This document shows, piece after piece, positions 10,173-19,704 of a stretch of 64,000 nt of DNA. The position numbers were made by a program, and so were the translations under genes. Where the stretch lies: the NCBI GenBank assembly GCA_963796275.1, contig CAWCKY010000003.1:320001-384000 (forward strand). Direction: 5' to 3'. The stretch's first letter is position 1. The number at the start of each line of letters is the position of its first letter. The notes beneath the pieces are model-generated. The model did not search any database. It was not told the origin of the DNA and worked only from the letters and a program-made list of their open reading frames with translations. This stretch comes from an uncultured Acidobacteriota bacterium (GTDB lineage: Bacteria; Acidobacteriota; Blastocatellia; RBC074).

Positions 10173-13100
10173 GTCTCCTCGCTTTTTTCGTGATTTGAGC
10201 TTGACCGATCGCGTTGAGTTCTTCGTCACTGGCGGGACAATGATGCCTGACGCGCCATCTTATGTTGAGCGGCAGGCCGATTGTGATCTGTATGACAGTC
10301 TCCTCGAGGGAAAATATTGTTATGTGTTGACCGCCCGCCAGATGGGGAAATCGTCGCTCACTGCGCGCACGGCGGCGAAATTGCGCCAGGTTGGCATCGG
10401 TGCTGTCGTGGTCGATCTGGCGGCGATCGGGCGCAACCTGACTGTCGAGCAATGGTATGGGAGCGTCTTGAGCTGGATTGGGAGAGGCATTGAGTTATCG
10501 GAAGGCGAGCTGGAAGAATTCTGGCAGTCGAGGCCGCTGCTCGGCCCGGTGCAAAGATGGATGTGCGCATTGCGCGAAATCATTCTTCCTCGCTATCAAG
10601 CTCAACTAGTCGTTTTCGTGGATGAAGTCGATTACCTGCTGGATTTGCCGTTCCCGATGGACGAGTTTTTCGCAGCGGTCCGCGAATGTTACAACATGCG
10701 CGCGGAAGACGCCGTGATGCATCGATTGACGTTTTGTCTGGTAGGTGTGGCGACGCCATCGGACCTCATCCGAAACAAGCGCACTACGCCATTCAACATC
10801 GGCCGGCGAATTGAATTGCACGATTTTACGGTGGCGGAGGCCGCACCGCTCGCGCGCGGGCTGAGACGCGACGATAAATTGAATGACTCCCTGCTCAAAC
10901 GCGTGTTGTATTGGACAAACGGTCATCCTTTTCTTACCCAACGTCTGTGTCGAGCTATAGCTGATGATGCTGGCGTCGAAGGTAAAGGTGACGTTGATCG
11001 TTTATGTAATGACTTATTTCTCACGCGCCGCGCACAGGAGTTAGATGATAACCTGCTTTTTGTGCGAGACAGTATACTTCGCAGCGAAGAGGACAAGGCT
11101 GCTCTGCTCGACTTGTACGGGAAAGTGAGAAGGGGCAAACGTGTGGAAGATGATAACACCAACACGCTTGTCATTATTTTACGTTTGTCGGGGGTCACGC
11201 GAACAGCAGACAATTACATTAAAGTTCGCAACCGCATCTACAAACGCGTTTTCGATCATGAATGGGTTGAGAGAAACATGCCTGATGCGGAATTGCGGCG
11301 GCAGCGCACGGCATACCGCCGAGGTCTATGGCGAGCCGGATTATTTGGTGGCGTCATCCTCTCTCTCATCGTGGCACTTGCAATCAATGATGTCAGAAGA
11401 CAGAAGGCCGCGCGAGACGTTGCCCAGAGCCTGCTATTGGCAGCGCAACCGCAGATATTACCGGATGAGATCGAAAAAGCTTATGCGTCCAGGGCTAAAG
11501 CGGAGAATCTGATTCGGATGGTTGCTTACAAAAATCATATCAAACAAGCGCAGGAGGCGTGGGAAGAATCCAATGTTGCTCGGGTCGAAGAGCTGTTGAA
11601 CTTCTGTCGACCGAAGGGTGGAGAGCAAGATCTCCGCGGGTTTGAGTGGCACTACCTTTGGCAAGCGAGCCATCAGGAAAGCCGATCTCTGAAACGTGAG
11701 AATCCGGTTGTAGCGTTACAATTCGCGCCGGACGGCAAGCGAATTGCTATTGGTGAATCTTTACAACCGGTAGATAGTGAAAAGTCAAAATACAGGATTG
11801 AATTCCTAGATTTGGATCGGGCAGTAACAATTGATTCGTTTGAGACGCAGTCAAGAGGTGATTTCAACAGAATGATCTTCACTCACGATTCGCGCAAAGT
11901 TCTGGTCGATGACGACCAGAATAGGGCCAGCTTATTGGATATGAAATCCGGCAAGAGCCTGGCTATCTTCAAAGGTCATGATCAGTCGTTGTCAGCGATT
12001 AATATATCAAGTGATGGACAAAGGATTGTGACGGGGGATACGCGAGGAAGGCTGCAATTTTGGGAAGTAGCAAAAGAGCCAAAGAGCAGAAGGCAGGAGA
12101 AACAGCAGCAGAACGTTACCTGGGTCGACCTCTCGCGGAATGGGAACCGGGTTGCGAGCGCAACAGGATCTAACGCGGTGAAAATATGGGATTTCTCTAC
12201 CGGGCGTGAACTGATGTCGCTGGAAACCAAAGAAGGAGTCTTCACGGTTGCTGCCTTCTTTCCGGATGGTCGCCATCTTCTGACCGCGACAAAAGACGGA
12301 GCTATGCAGGTCTGGGATCTTCGTGCAAGGGCAATCACGGCCAAATTAACGGGACATTTTGGTTCGCTTGTAGCGCTTGCATTCTCTCCTGACGGAGCGA
12401 AACTGGCAACAGCCAGCGACGACAGAACCGCCAGACTTTGGGATCTCGCAGCCCGGCGCGAACTCATCTCAATCAAAGGACACGGCTAATGGGTTTCTGC
12501 TATTTCCTGGTCACCTGATGGCAAACTACTCGCCACGGGCAGCGCAGACAGGTACGTCAAGATTTGGGATGTCGAAACGATGCTCAAAGAGGGCGTCGCA
12601 GTTGAGGGATCACGCGTAGAATCTTATTGGGCATCAGCGTTTTCTGAAGACGGCTTCCCCCTGGCGGTCGCCAAGACCAGCGATGGGAAAGTGAAGATAT
12701 TGCGCGTGCCATCTGGCCAAGAGGTGTCAACATTGTATGAATCGTACAACGACCTCCAGTTCGCGGTCTTCTCTCCTGATGCCGAAAGGGTAGCAACCTC
12801 TGGGATAGGGCCTTCGATAAGTATCTGGGATGTCCGGAGCGGAAAGAAAATAGTGTCATTGGCCGCGAAGACCGAGAATGTTTTTACGGTGGCCTTCTCA
12901 CCCGATGGGAAAAAGCTAGCTTCCGTTTACGATAACGATCGTACGTTGAAATCATGGGATACGACGACAGGGCAGGAATTATCTTCGCTCAAAGCCGACA
13001 ACAAGCTCTCATATCGGATAGCATTCTCGCCCGACGGGACGACCCTGGCTGCCGCTTGCGACAATGGCAATGTTATCCTCTGGAATATCGATACTGGTCA

Positions 13101-13474
13101 GTCAGTGCCTATCAAAGCACACAATGGCGTTGTCAGCACCATTGCCTTCTCATCAGACGGATTGAAACTTGCGACCGGGGGAAAAGACAACGCCGTCAAA
13201 TTGTGGGATGTGAAAACGGGGCGGAAATTGCTTGATATGGGACAGGCGGAATCTATTATATCGCGCAACCTTTTCACCCGACGGCAAAAATCTGATCACC
13301 GGCAATACTGAAGGTACAGTGATTATATGGAATGTCCTAACAGGACAGGAACTGATGATCCTGCATAAGCACGCAAGTTATGTGACTTCGATAAATTTCT
13401 CCAACGACGGAAGAGGTTTGGTTACTAGTGGCGAAGATGGGTCGGTAAAAGTCTGGCGGTTAACCGAACAATAG
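10162..13474 (+). pseudogene. AAA_35 ATPase - TM - WD40 repeat protein with in-frame TAA (12487) and frameshift (~13255)
   Basis: SYVERQAD, ARQMGKSSL, FVDEVD, TPFNIG, TM GLFGGVILSLIVALAI, DLRGFEWHYLW and many GH..FSPDG..WD repeats continuing across the lesions. Confidence 0.85.
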
Positions 13475-13488
13475 TAGTAACCCGTGAG

Positions 13489-13566
13489 TAGTTGATAGGT
13501 TGATAGTTGATAGTTCGTATACACTGTGGTAACAACATATACAAACTATCGACTATCGACTATCTT
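13489..13566. repeat. Heptamer palindrome (GTTGATA)n...(TATCGAC/TATCAAC)n
   Basis: gttgataggttgatagttgatagtt ... aactatcgactatcgactatc; related copies at 26011/26425 and 28465. Confidence 0.8.
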
Positions 13567-13600
13567 ATCGGAAGCCATTCCTCATCGATCGGGAAGTCAC

Positions 13601-13622
13601 GCTAGGGAATTGAATCCCTAGC
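13601..13622. promoter_or_regulatory. 8-bp inverted repeat ~100 bp upstream of the candidate sigma54 site (possible UAS or REP)
   Basis: GCTAGGGA-attgaa-TCCCTAGC. Confidence 0.35.
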
Positions 13623-13702
13623 TATCACCCTTCACCGAATCTCACACAGCAAAATCATTGCAAACACAGGATCGACTGGCAGGCCGCGGCGGCGGCGTGT
13701 TG

Positions 13703-13717
13703 TGGTCCAGGCCTTGC
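13703..13717 (+). promoter_or_regulatory. Candidate sigma54 -24/-12 promoter for the gvp operon
   Basis: TGGTCCAGGCCTTGC = TGG-N8-TTGC (GG-N10-GC), ~70 bp before the gvpA start. Confidence 0.55.
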
Positions 13718-13786
13718 CTTACTGAAGACCGGTTAGCCAGGACACTCCCTGCCTGGCCGCGATATTTTATTTTGAAAGGAGAGGTA

Positions 13787-14060
13787 ATGATGGCGAATGT
13801 AGCCAGAATCTTCTATTGAATCTCCCAACCTGGCGGAGATGCTCGAACGCATCCTGGACAAGGGTATAGTGATTGATGCCTGGGTCAGGGTGACGTTGAT
13901 CGGGATCGAACTGCTCGCGGTGGAAGCGCGAGTGGTGATCACTTCGATCGACAGATATTTGCAATATGCTGAAGCTATCGGCCTCATAGTACCAGTGGCG
14001 CGGCCTCCGGTAATTGACACACCGGAACCGGCAGCGACACCGACACCAGCACCGGCATAA
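13787..14060 (+). CDS. gvpA: Gas vesicle structural protein GvpA (apparent +1 frameshift near 13808; open ORF from 13839)
   Basis: [53 protein letters not shown]; strong RBS and ATG at 13787 are out of frame by 1. Confidence 0.9.
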
Positions 14061-14066
14061 ACCAGG

Positions 14067-14156
14067 CCATTAGCCATTGGTCATTGGCGGTAATGATGTT
14101 GAGACGCAATGACCAATGGCAGATGGAAAATGACAGATGACAAATGAAAAATGGAG
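14067..14156. repeat. Heptamer palindrome (CCATTGG/TCATT...AAATGAC family)
   Basis: gccattggtcattg ... caatgaccaatggc agatggaaaatgacagatgacaaatgaaaaatgg; similar to 59601-59733. Confidence 0.7.
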
Positions 14157-14163
14157 GAGCCAT

Positions 14164-14922
14164 ATGCAGAGTGAAGCCGCTTTTCAGAACGGACAATATC
14201 TCTATGCCATTATTGGTAACAGACAAAAGCAGGAGTGGAACATCTGCGGCATCGATGGCAATGCCGTCCACAACATCACCGAAGGGGGGGTATCTGCTGT
14301 CGTCAGCGACATCTCCTACCAGCGGATACGCCAGGAACGCCGCCATCTAGCAGGCCATCGGCAGGTCCTCAAGCTCTTGATGGAAAAGACCACACTGCTC
14401 CCACTGCGCTTCGGAACGATCGCCGAGAACGCGGATGATGTGCGCCGCATCCTCTCTCTCAACGGGGAGCGATTCCTAGCCCAGTTGAACCGTGTGTCTG
14501 GTAAGGTGGAGATGGGGCTGCGCGTGAGATGGGATGTACCGAACGTCTTCGGATATTTCGTCACCCGGGAGCCGGAACTTCGCCACATGCGCGATCGATG
14601 TTTCGACGCAAAGGACCAACCCACAGAAAAAGATAAGATCGAGATCGGGCAGTACTTTGATCGTCTTCTCAACGGCGAGCGTGAGGTCTGCATGCGGCGA
14701 GTCGAGGAGATCATCGCCTGCTGCTGCGCGGAAATCAAATCGAATCCCTGCCGCAATGAGCGAGAGGTGATGAACCTCGCTTGCCTGGTAGAGCACGGCG
14801 CTAGCGCGGAGTTCGAGGCTGCCGTCATGGAGGCAGCTCGGCTCTTCAACGACGATTTTGCGTTCGACTATAACGGACCCTGGGCCCCACACAACTTCGT
14901 CGAACTCAACCTGGAACTTTGA
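14164..14922 (+). CDS. gvpF: GvpF/GvpL family gas vesicle protein
   Basis: GQYLYAII, LLPLRFGTIA, GKVEMGLRVRWD, MNLACLV, GPWAPHNFV; GGAGGAG RBS. Confidence 0.88.
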   Translation: MQSEAAFQNGQYLYAIIGNRQKQEWNICGIDGNAVHNITEGGVSAVVSDISYQRIRQERRHLAGHRQVLKLLMEKTTLLPLRFGTIAENADDVRRILSLNGERFLAQLNRVSGKVEMGLRVRWDVPNVFGYFVTREPELRHMRDRCFDAKDQPTEKDKIEIGQYFDRLLNGEREVCMRRVEEIIACCCAEIKSNPCRNEREVMNLACLVEHGASAEFEAAVMEAARLFNDDFAFDYNGPWAPHNFVELNLEL

Positions 14923-14946
14923 AACAGGGGGGACCTCAGAAAGCTG

Positions 14947-15204
14947 ATGCTGCTCGTTGATGACATCCTGCTATCTCCTATCACCAGTTTCTTCTGGATA
15001 CTGCGGGAGATTGGAAAGGCCGCGCAACAAGAACTGGCCAGTGAGAGAGAGGCGGTCACTGCTGAATTGGGGTATCTGTATATGATGCTGGAGACCGGAA
15101 TGATAACCGATGCGGAGTTCGATGCGCGGGAGCATGAGTTGCTCGATCGACTCGATCAATTGCAGGGGCAGCCTGCTGAGGATGATTCAGAGGAAACGAG
15201 TTGA
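14947..15204 (+). CDS. gvpG: Gas vesicle protein GvpG
   Basis: MLLVDDILLSP...LYMMLETGMITDAEFDAREHELLDRL. Confidence 0.85.
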   Translation: MLLVDDILLSPITSFFWILREIGKAAQQELASEREAVTAELGYLYMMLETGMITDAEFDAREHELLDRLDQLQGQPAEDDSEETS

Positions 15205-17168
15205 GAATGACCAATCGAACCACACCATTTTTTCTAACCAGTTGCGGGGCGCAGCTACTGTTCTTTGGAGGCAAAGGCGGTGTGGGCAAGACAACCTGTG
15301 CAAGCGCCACTGCGCTCCATTTTGCGAAAGCGGCCCCTGAAAGCTCTTTTATGCTGGTCTCGACCGACCCTGCGCACTCGCTCGCTGACAGCCTGGCGAA
15401 CACCGCCGTCCCCCCCAACCTGACTGTTCTCGAACTCGATCCGCAGCGGGCTCTGGCCGATTTCAAGGCCGAAAATGGTTGGAAACTGGAGGAGATCGCA
15501 CGACACGGCACCTTTCTCGATGATGACGACATACGGAAATTTCTCGATCTCTCGTTGCCCGGATTGGATGAGCTCATGGCTTTTCTGGAGATCACCCGGC
15601 ACGTCGAAGAGAAGGCCGGCCAGTATATCGTCATCGATACGGCTCCCACCGGGCATACTCTGCGACTGCTGGCGATCCCGGCTCTCATCCGTAAATGGCT
15701 GGCAGCGCTCGATACATTGTTGGCCAAGCACCGCTATATGAAAAAGATATTCAGCGGGACCTATCGGCGCGACGAGGTGGATCTTTTTTTGGCGTCGATG
15801 ATGGCCTCGCTCGAGCACATGAAGAATTTGCTGAGCGATCCGGATCGCTGCCGCTTTGTGCCTGTCATGCTTGCGGAAGCGCTGAGCGTCAGCGAAACGG
15901 TGGCGATGGTTCGTGAGCTGGAGAGTTTGAAAGTGCCGGTCGTCGAGATCGTCGTCAACAAGCTCTATCCCTCAAACCCATGCCCGGTCTGTACTGAAGG
16001 GCGAAGGCGACAGATGCGGGAACTGGAGAAGCTTCAAGCCCAGGATCTCTTGTCGGGGTATACATTCTGGGGCATGCCGCTCCACCCACGCGAAGTGCGG
16101 GGCGAGGAATCGCTCGGCACGTTCTGGGGAGACCTCACCGCCCTGACCGAGCCTGATCCCACCCCGTTCCGCCCGTCCGCGCCGGCCTCGCAACAGGTGG
16201 AAGTGGTCGATCAGGCTCCTTCGCCCATGGCTTCATTCTTGATCTTTGCCGGTAAGGGAGGTGTGGGCAAGACCTCGCTGGCCTGCGCGACGGCGCTCCA
16301 GCTGGCGAGCGGGCCTCAGGAGCGGAATATCCTGCTGGTCTCGACTGACCCAGCCCACTCCCTGGCTACCTGCCTGGCGGTTCCGATAGGACCCAGCTTG
16401 ACACGCCTGACCCCCGGGCTGGCGGCAATCGAGACAGATGCCGTGGCCGAGTTCCAGGCGCTGAAGACGGAGTATGCCGAAGAGGTTGAGCAATTTCTGG
16501 GCGCCTTGATGAATATGGATCGAATTGATCTGGTCTTCGATCGCCAGGTGATCGAACGCCTCTTGGACCTCTCACCGCCTGGCCTGGACGAAGTGATGGC
16601 CCTGACCCGGGTAATGGAGTTGATGGCGGAGGAGCGCTTCGATCTCCTGATCCTGGACTCGGCGCCGACCGGGCATCTGCTCCGTCTTCTGGAACTGCCG
16701 GAGGTGATCGATAAGTGGCTGAAAGTGATTTTCGAGTTGTTGCTCAAGTACAAACATCTCTTCCGTATGCCGAAACTTTCACGGCGATTGATCGAGATAT
16801 CTCGAAACCTCAAACGACTGCGCATCATGCTGCGCGATCCGGCCGGCGCAGCCCTCTATGCGGTCAGCATCCCAACCGAGATGGCATTCGAGGAGACCAG
16901 GGACCTGATCGCCGCCTGCAAGCGAATGGGCATAAGTGTCCCCGTGCTCTTCCTCAATCAGGCGACTCCTCCAAGCCAGTGCTCGCTCTGCTCGGCACTG
17001 TATGAGGAAGAGTCGACCGTCAGAGAGAAGTACCGGCAGGTTTTTACCAGCCGGCACCAGACCCTGGTCTATCGCTGCGGCGAGTTGTCCGGCATAGAAC
17101 AGCTGGGAGAGTTGGGAGCGGCGCTCTACCAACCTGAACTTAAGGATCGGAGGGCCGATGTTCTCTGA
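15201..17168 (+). CDS. Tandem two-domain ArsA/Get3-family ATPase
   Basis: Two GKGGVGKT P-loops, two STDPAHSL, DTAPTGH/DSAPTGH, PGLDE in both halves, CPVC and CSLC motifs. Confidence 0.92.
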   Translation: MRMTNRTTPFFLTSCGAQLLFFGGKGGVGKTTCASATALHFAKAAPESSFMLVSTDPAHSLADSLANTAVPPNLTVLELDPQRALADFKAENGWKLEEIARHGTFLDDDDIRKFLDLSLPGLDELMAFLEITRHVEEKAGQYIVIDTAPTGHTLRLLAIPALIRKWLAALDTLLAKHRYMKKIFSGTYRRDEVDLFLASMMASLEHMKNLLSDPDRCRFVPVMLAEALSVSETVAMVRELESLKVPVVEIVVNKLYPSNPCPVCTEGRRRQMRELEKLQAQDLLSGYTFWGMPLHPREVRGEESLGTFWGDLTALTEPDPTPFRPSAPASQQVEVVDQAPSPMASFLIFAGKGGVGKTSLACATALQLASGPQERNILLVSTDPAHSLATCLAVPIGPSLTRLTPGLAAIETDAVAEFQALKTEYAEEVEQFLGALMNMDRIDLVFDRQVIERLLDLSPPGLDEVMALTRVMELMAEERFDLLILDSAPTGHLLRLLELPEVIDKWLKVIFELLLKYKHLFRMPKLSRRLIEISRNLKRLRIMLRDPAGAALYAVSIPTEMAFEETRDLIAACKRMGISVPVLFLNQATPPSQCSLCSALYEEESTVREKYRQVFTSRHQTLVYRCGELSGIEQLGELGAALYQPELKDRRADVL

Positions 17169-17430
17169 GGAATCTCTTCTGGAGAACCAGAAAAAAGAGG
17201 CGGAGCGGGACGCGCCAACCGCGCTGGTCTGTTCCGACACCGAGCGTGTCTCGCTCTGCGAACTCCTCGACCGAATCCTTAACAAGGGGGTGGTGATGGC
17301 GGGAGCAGTGACGATCTCAGTGGCGGACGTAGACCTGCTCTCCCTCGATCTGCGCATGGTTCTGACATCCGCCGCGATACTTAGCAAGAAGTGGCAGCCG
17401 GAGTCCGTAACAGTATCAGGTGATAAATGA
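17158..17430 (+). CDS. GvpA/J/S-family accessory gas vesicle protein
   Basis: VSLCELLDRILNKGVVMAGAVTISVADVDLLSLDLR. Confidence 0.85.
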   Translation: MFSEESLLENQKKEAERDAPTALVCSDTERVSLCELLDRILNKGVVMAGAVTISVADVDLLSLDLRMVLTSAAILSKKWQPESVTVSGDK

Positions 17431-17792
17431 AACCGATCGAAGAACTCAGAGTCGAGTTTGAAACTGTCAGTGATTTTGCCCGCGTCATGCAGGCCGGAGC
17501 ACCGGCGGTGGCGACTACCTCACAGGCCGGTCCCCGGATCAACCTTGATCCCGATCAAGTCAAGAACGGGTTAGGCCAGTTGGTACTTACGCTGGTCAAA
17601 TTGCTGCATGAACTCTTGGAGCGCCAGGCCTTGCGGCGCATCGAAGCCGGTACTCTGACTCCGGACGAGATTGAGCGGATCGGGATGACTCTCATGAGAC
17701 AGACGGAGGAGATTAAACGTCTTCAGCGAGAGTTCGGCTTGAACGACGAAGACCTCAACCTCGACCTGGGGCCGCTTGGTACTCTGTTTTGA
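17427..17792 (+). CDS. gvpK: Gas vesicle protein GvpK
   Basis: GLGQLVLTLVKLLHELLERQALRR...EDLNLDLGPLGTL. Confidence 0.92.
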   Translation: MKPIEELRVEFETVSDFARVMQAGAPAVATTSQAGPRINLDPDQVKNGLGQLVLTLVKLLHELLERQALRRIEAGTLTPDEIERIGMTLMRQTEEIKRLQREFGLNDEDLNLDLGPLGTLF

Positions 17793-17796
17793 GGCA

Positions 17797-17913
17797 GGTT
17801 TCAGTTTTCAATCAAGTGATCTCGAGCGAAAACTGAGGAGTTACAACCTAAAACCTGAAACTGATAATTTGAAAAGACTTGAAACTGAAAACTGAAAACT
17901 GAAAACTGATAAC
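17797..17913. repeat. Heptamer repeat array (CTGAAAA)n with short inverted arm
   Basis: gtttcagttttca ... aaactgaaaactgaaaactgaaaactgataact; same family as 1601-1700. Confidence 0.75.
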
Positions 17914-17922
17914 TTATACAAG

Positions 17923-18249
17923 ATGCAAAATAAAGGCATATCACATTTTGGCCCGCCTTCCACCATGCAAATGTTTGATGTCCTGGAGCGCGTGCTGGAC
18001 AAAGGAGTCATCATTGCGGGTGATATCAGGATCAAGCTGATAGACGTCGAGCTACTCACTATTCAAATCCGGCTTGTGATCTGCTCCATCGATAAAGCCC
18101 GAGAGATAGGGATGGATTGGTGGGCTGACCACCCGCTCTTCAGCAACCGCCGAGAGGCGGAGTTGCAGGCAGCTACACTTGGCCGGATTGAAGAGAGATT
18201 AACGAAGCTGGAAGCCTCCCTGAAACACGCGCCTCACCGCGAGGAATGA
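17923..18249 (+). CDS. gvpJ: Gas vesicle protein GvpJ
   Basis: DVLERVLDKGVIIAGDIRIKLIDVELLTIQIRLVICSIDKAREIGMDWW. Confidence 0.88.
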   Translation: MQNKGISHFGPPSTMQMFDVLERVLDKGVIIAGDIRIKLIDVELLTIQIRLVICSIDKAREIGMDWWADHPLFSNRREAELQAATLGRIEERLTKLEASLKHAPHREE

Positions 18250-18296
18250 GCTTTCCTCTGTGTCTTTGTATTTTTTCGGATTCTCGTGGTTATTTG

Positions 18297-19604
18297 TTAT
18301 TTCTTCTTCGTCTCTTCTATCTTTTCAGTCAGCATCGCAACGAAATCTTCGCGCGGATTATAGCCGGCCTGGCGGAATGACACCTGCCCCTTACGATCGA
18401 GGATGATCGTTGTCGGAATCGAGGTTATGGCAAAAAAGTCATCGAGATATTCTGCATGTGAGACCGGAATATTGAATTTATATTGTTTCAGATACGGTGC
18501 GACGAGTTCTCTATCTTCGTCCGTCGTTAAAGCCAGAAAGACGACGTCTTTATCATCTTTAAATTTGGTGATGGTCTTCTCAAACAAAGGCAGCTCTGTC
18601 AAACACGGTCCGCACCATGTCGCCCAGAAATTTATGACTATAACCTTTCCGCGGTGATCGCTCATCTCCATGGTCGAGCCGTCGACCTTCGTCAGTTTGA
18701 ACAGGAGCGCATCTTTTACCCCTTCGTTCAGATTGGGCCGCTCGAGCATGGCCAGCCTCTCACTGCGGTCTTTGATAAAGGCATCATATGCATTTAGCAC
18801 CCGGTCGCCCAGCCCGGTTTCGGAGCCGTGCTTTGCGGTGTAGATCTCTGTCAGTTTTCTTCTAATCGCCTTCACATCGAGCTCTTCACCGGTAGCGAGC
18901 ACGATGGCAAACGCCTGCAGGTAATAATCAATCGCGCCGTCGGGGTTCTTACGCTTTTCGGCGATCTCGGCCAGCGTGATGGCCGCTCCCGCGAGCCGTG
19001 CCGTCCCGTAACTCTTGAGCAGATCAGCCTCCGCTTTTTCATAATTGTTCAGGTCGGAATGAACTTTGCCGCGCACCAGATAAACGGATGCGATGCCGCG
19101 CTCCTTGCGATCCTGCCATTGTGCCTGACTGATACGTTTAGGCTTGTTGTTTCCCGAGAGGATCGTTTCCACCTGCTTGACCAGCAGGTCTGCGTAGCCC
19201 AGAGCTTTGTTCAGATCGCCCTCCGCTTTTCGCTCCCGCAGCATTGTGACGAGGTTCGTCAGCACCTCAACGCTATCATCGTCGCCGGCGGAAAGTTTCT
19301 CGCCATACATAATTGCGCGATTGCGGTCGCGCACTTTTATGCTCAGCCGGTAAATCTGCCGTTCGATCTCGAAGCGGTGCGCGCTCTTGGGATATTTTTT
19401 CAGATATAGTTCGAGATTATCGATGATCCCGGTCTCGCTGCCACCCGAACTCTCGATTGCGCGCCGCAATTCGTCATCGGAATCTTCGGCATTCGCGCCG
19501 GGTTTGTCCGGACCCGCCTGCTGGGCATTTGCCGGAAGGTTAAATATCGCCGCGCCGAATAAACAGAGGATGAGTATATAAGTTTTCACGATCTTACACT
19601 CCAA
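18297..19604 (-). CDS. Secreted TPR + TlpA/ResA thioredoxin-like protein
   Basis: Signal peptide, helical repeats, GKVIVINFWATWCGPC, SIPTTIILD. Confidence 0.85.
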   Translation of the reverse strand: MECKIVKTYILILCLFGAAIFNLPANAQQAGPDKPGANAEDSDDELRRAIESSGGSETGIIDNLELYLKKYPKSAHRFEIERQIYRLSIKVRDRNRAIMYGEKLSAGDDDSVEVLTNLVTMLRERKAEGDLNKALGYADLLVKQVETILSGNNKPKRISQAQWQDRKERGIASVYLVRGKVHSDLNNYEKAEADLLKSYGTARLAGAAITLAEIAEKRKNPDGAIDYYLQAFAIVLATGEELDVKAIRRKLTEIYTAKHGSETGLGDRVLNAYDAFIKDRSERLAMLERPNLNEGVKDALLFKLTKVDGSTMEMSDHRGKVIVINFWATWCGPCLTELPLFEKTITKFKDDKDVVFLALTTDEDRELVAPYLKQYKFNIPVSHAEYLDDFFAITSIPTTIILDRKGQVSFRQAGYNPREDFVAMLTEKIEETKKK

Positions 19605-19704
19605 TCGGATGCCTTACATTAAATTTTATCTACCATGCTGAAACATCAAGTGAGACTATGAAACAATCGAGATGGCGAAACAAACGAAATATGCCGGCCT
19701 TTCG

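Noticed and set aside
8794-13474. One single fused wHTH-AAA-AAA-WD40 gene
   Set aside because: The corrected first frame stops at 10170-10172, and the second gene has its own GGAGG RBS and start.
15201-17168. Arsenite resistance ATPase arsA
   Set aside because: Lacks the GACTTE-type metalloid cysteine motif, no ars genes are nearby, and it is embedded in the gvp operon.
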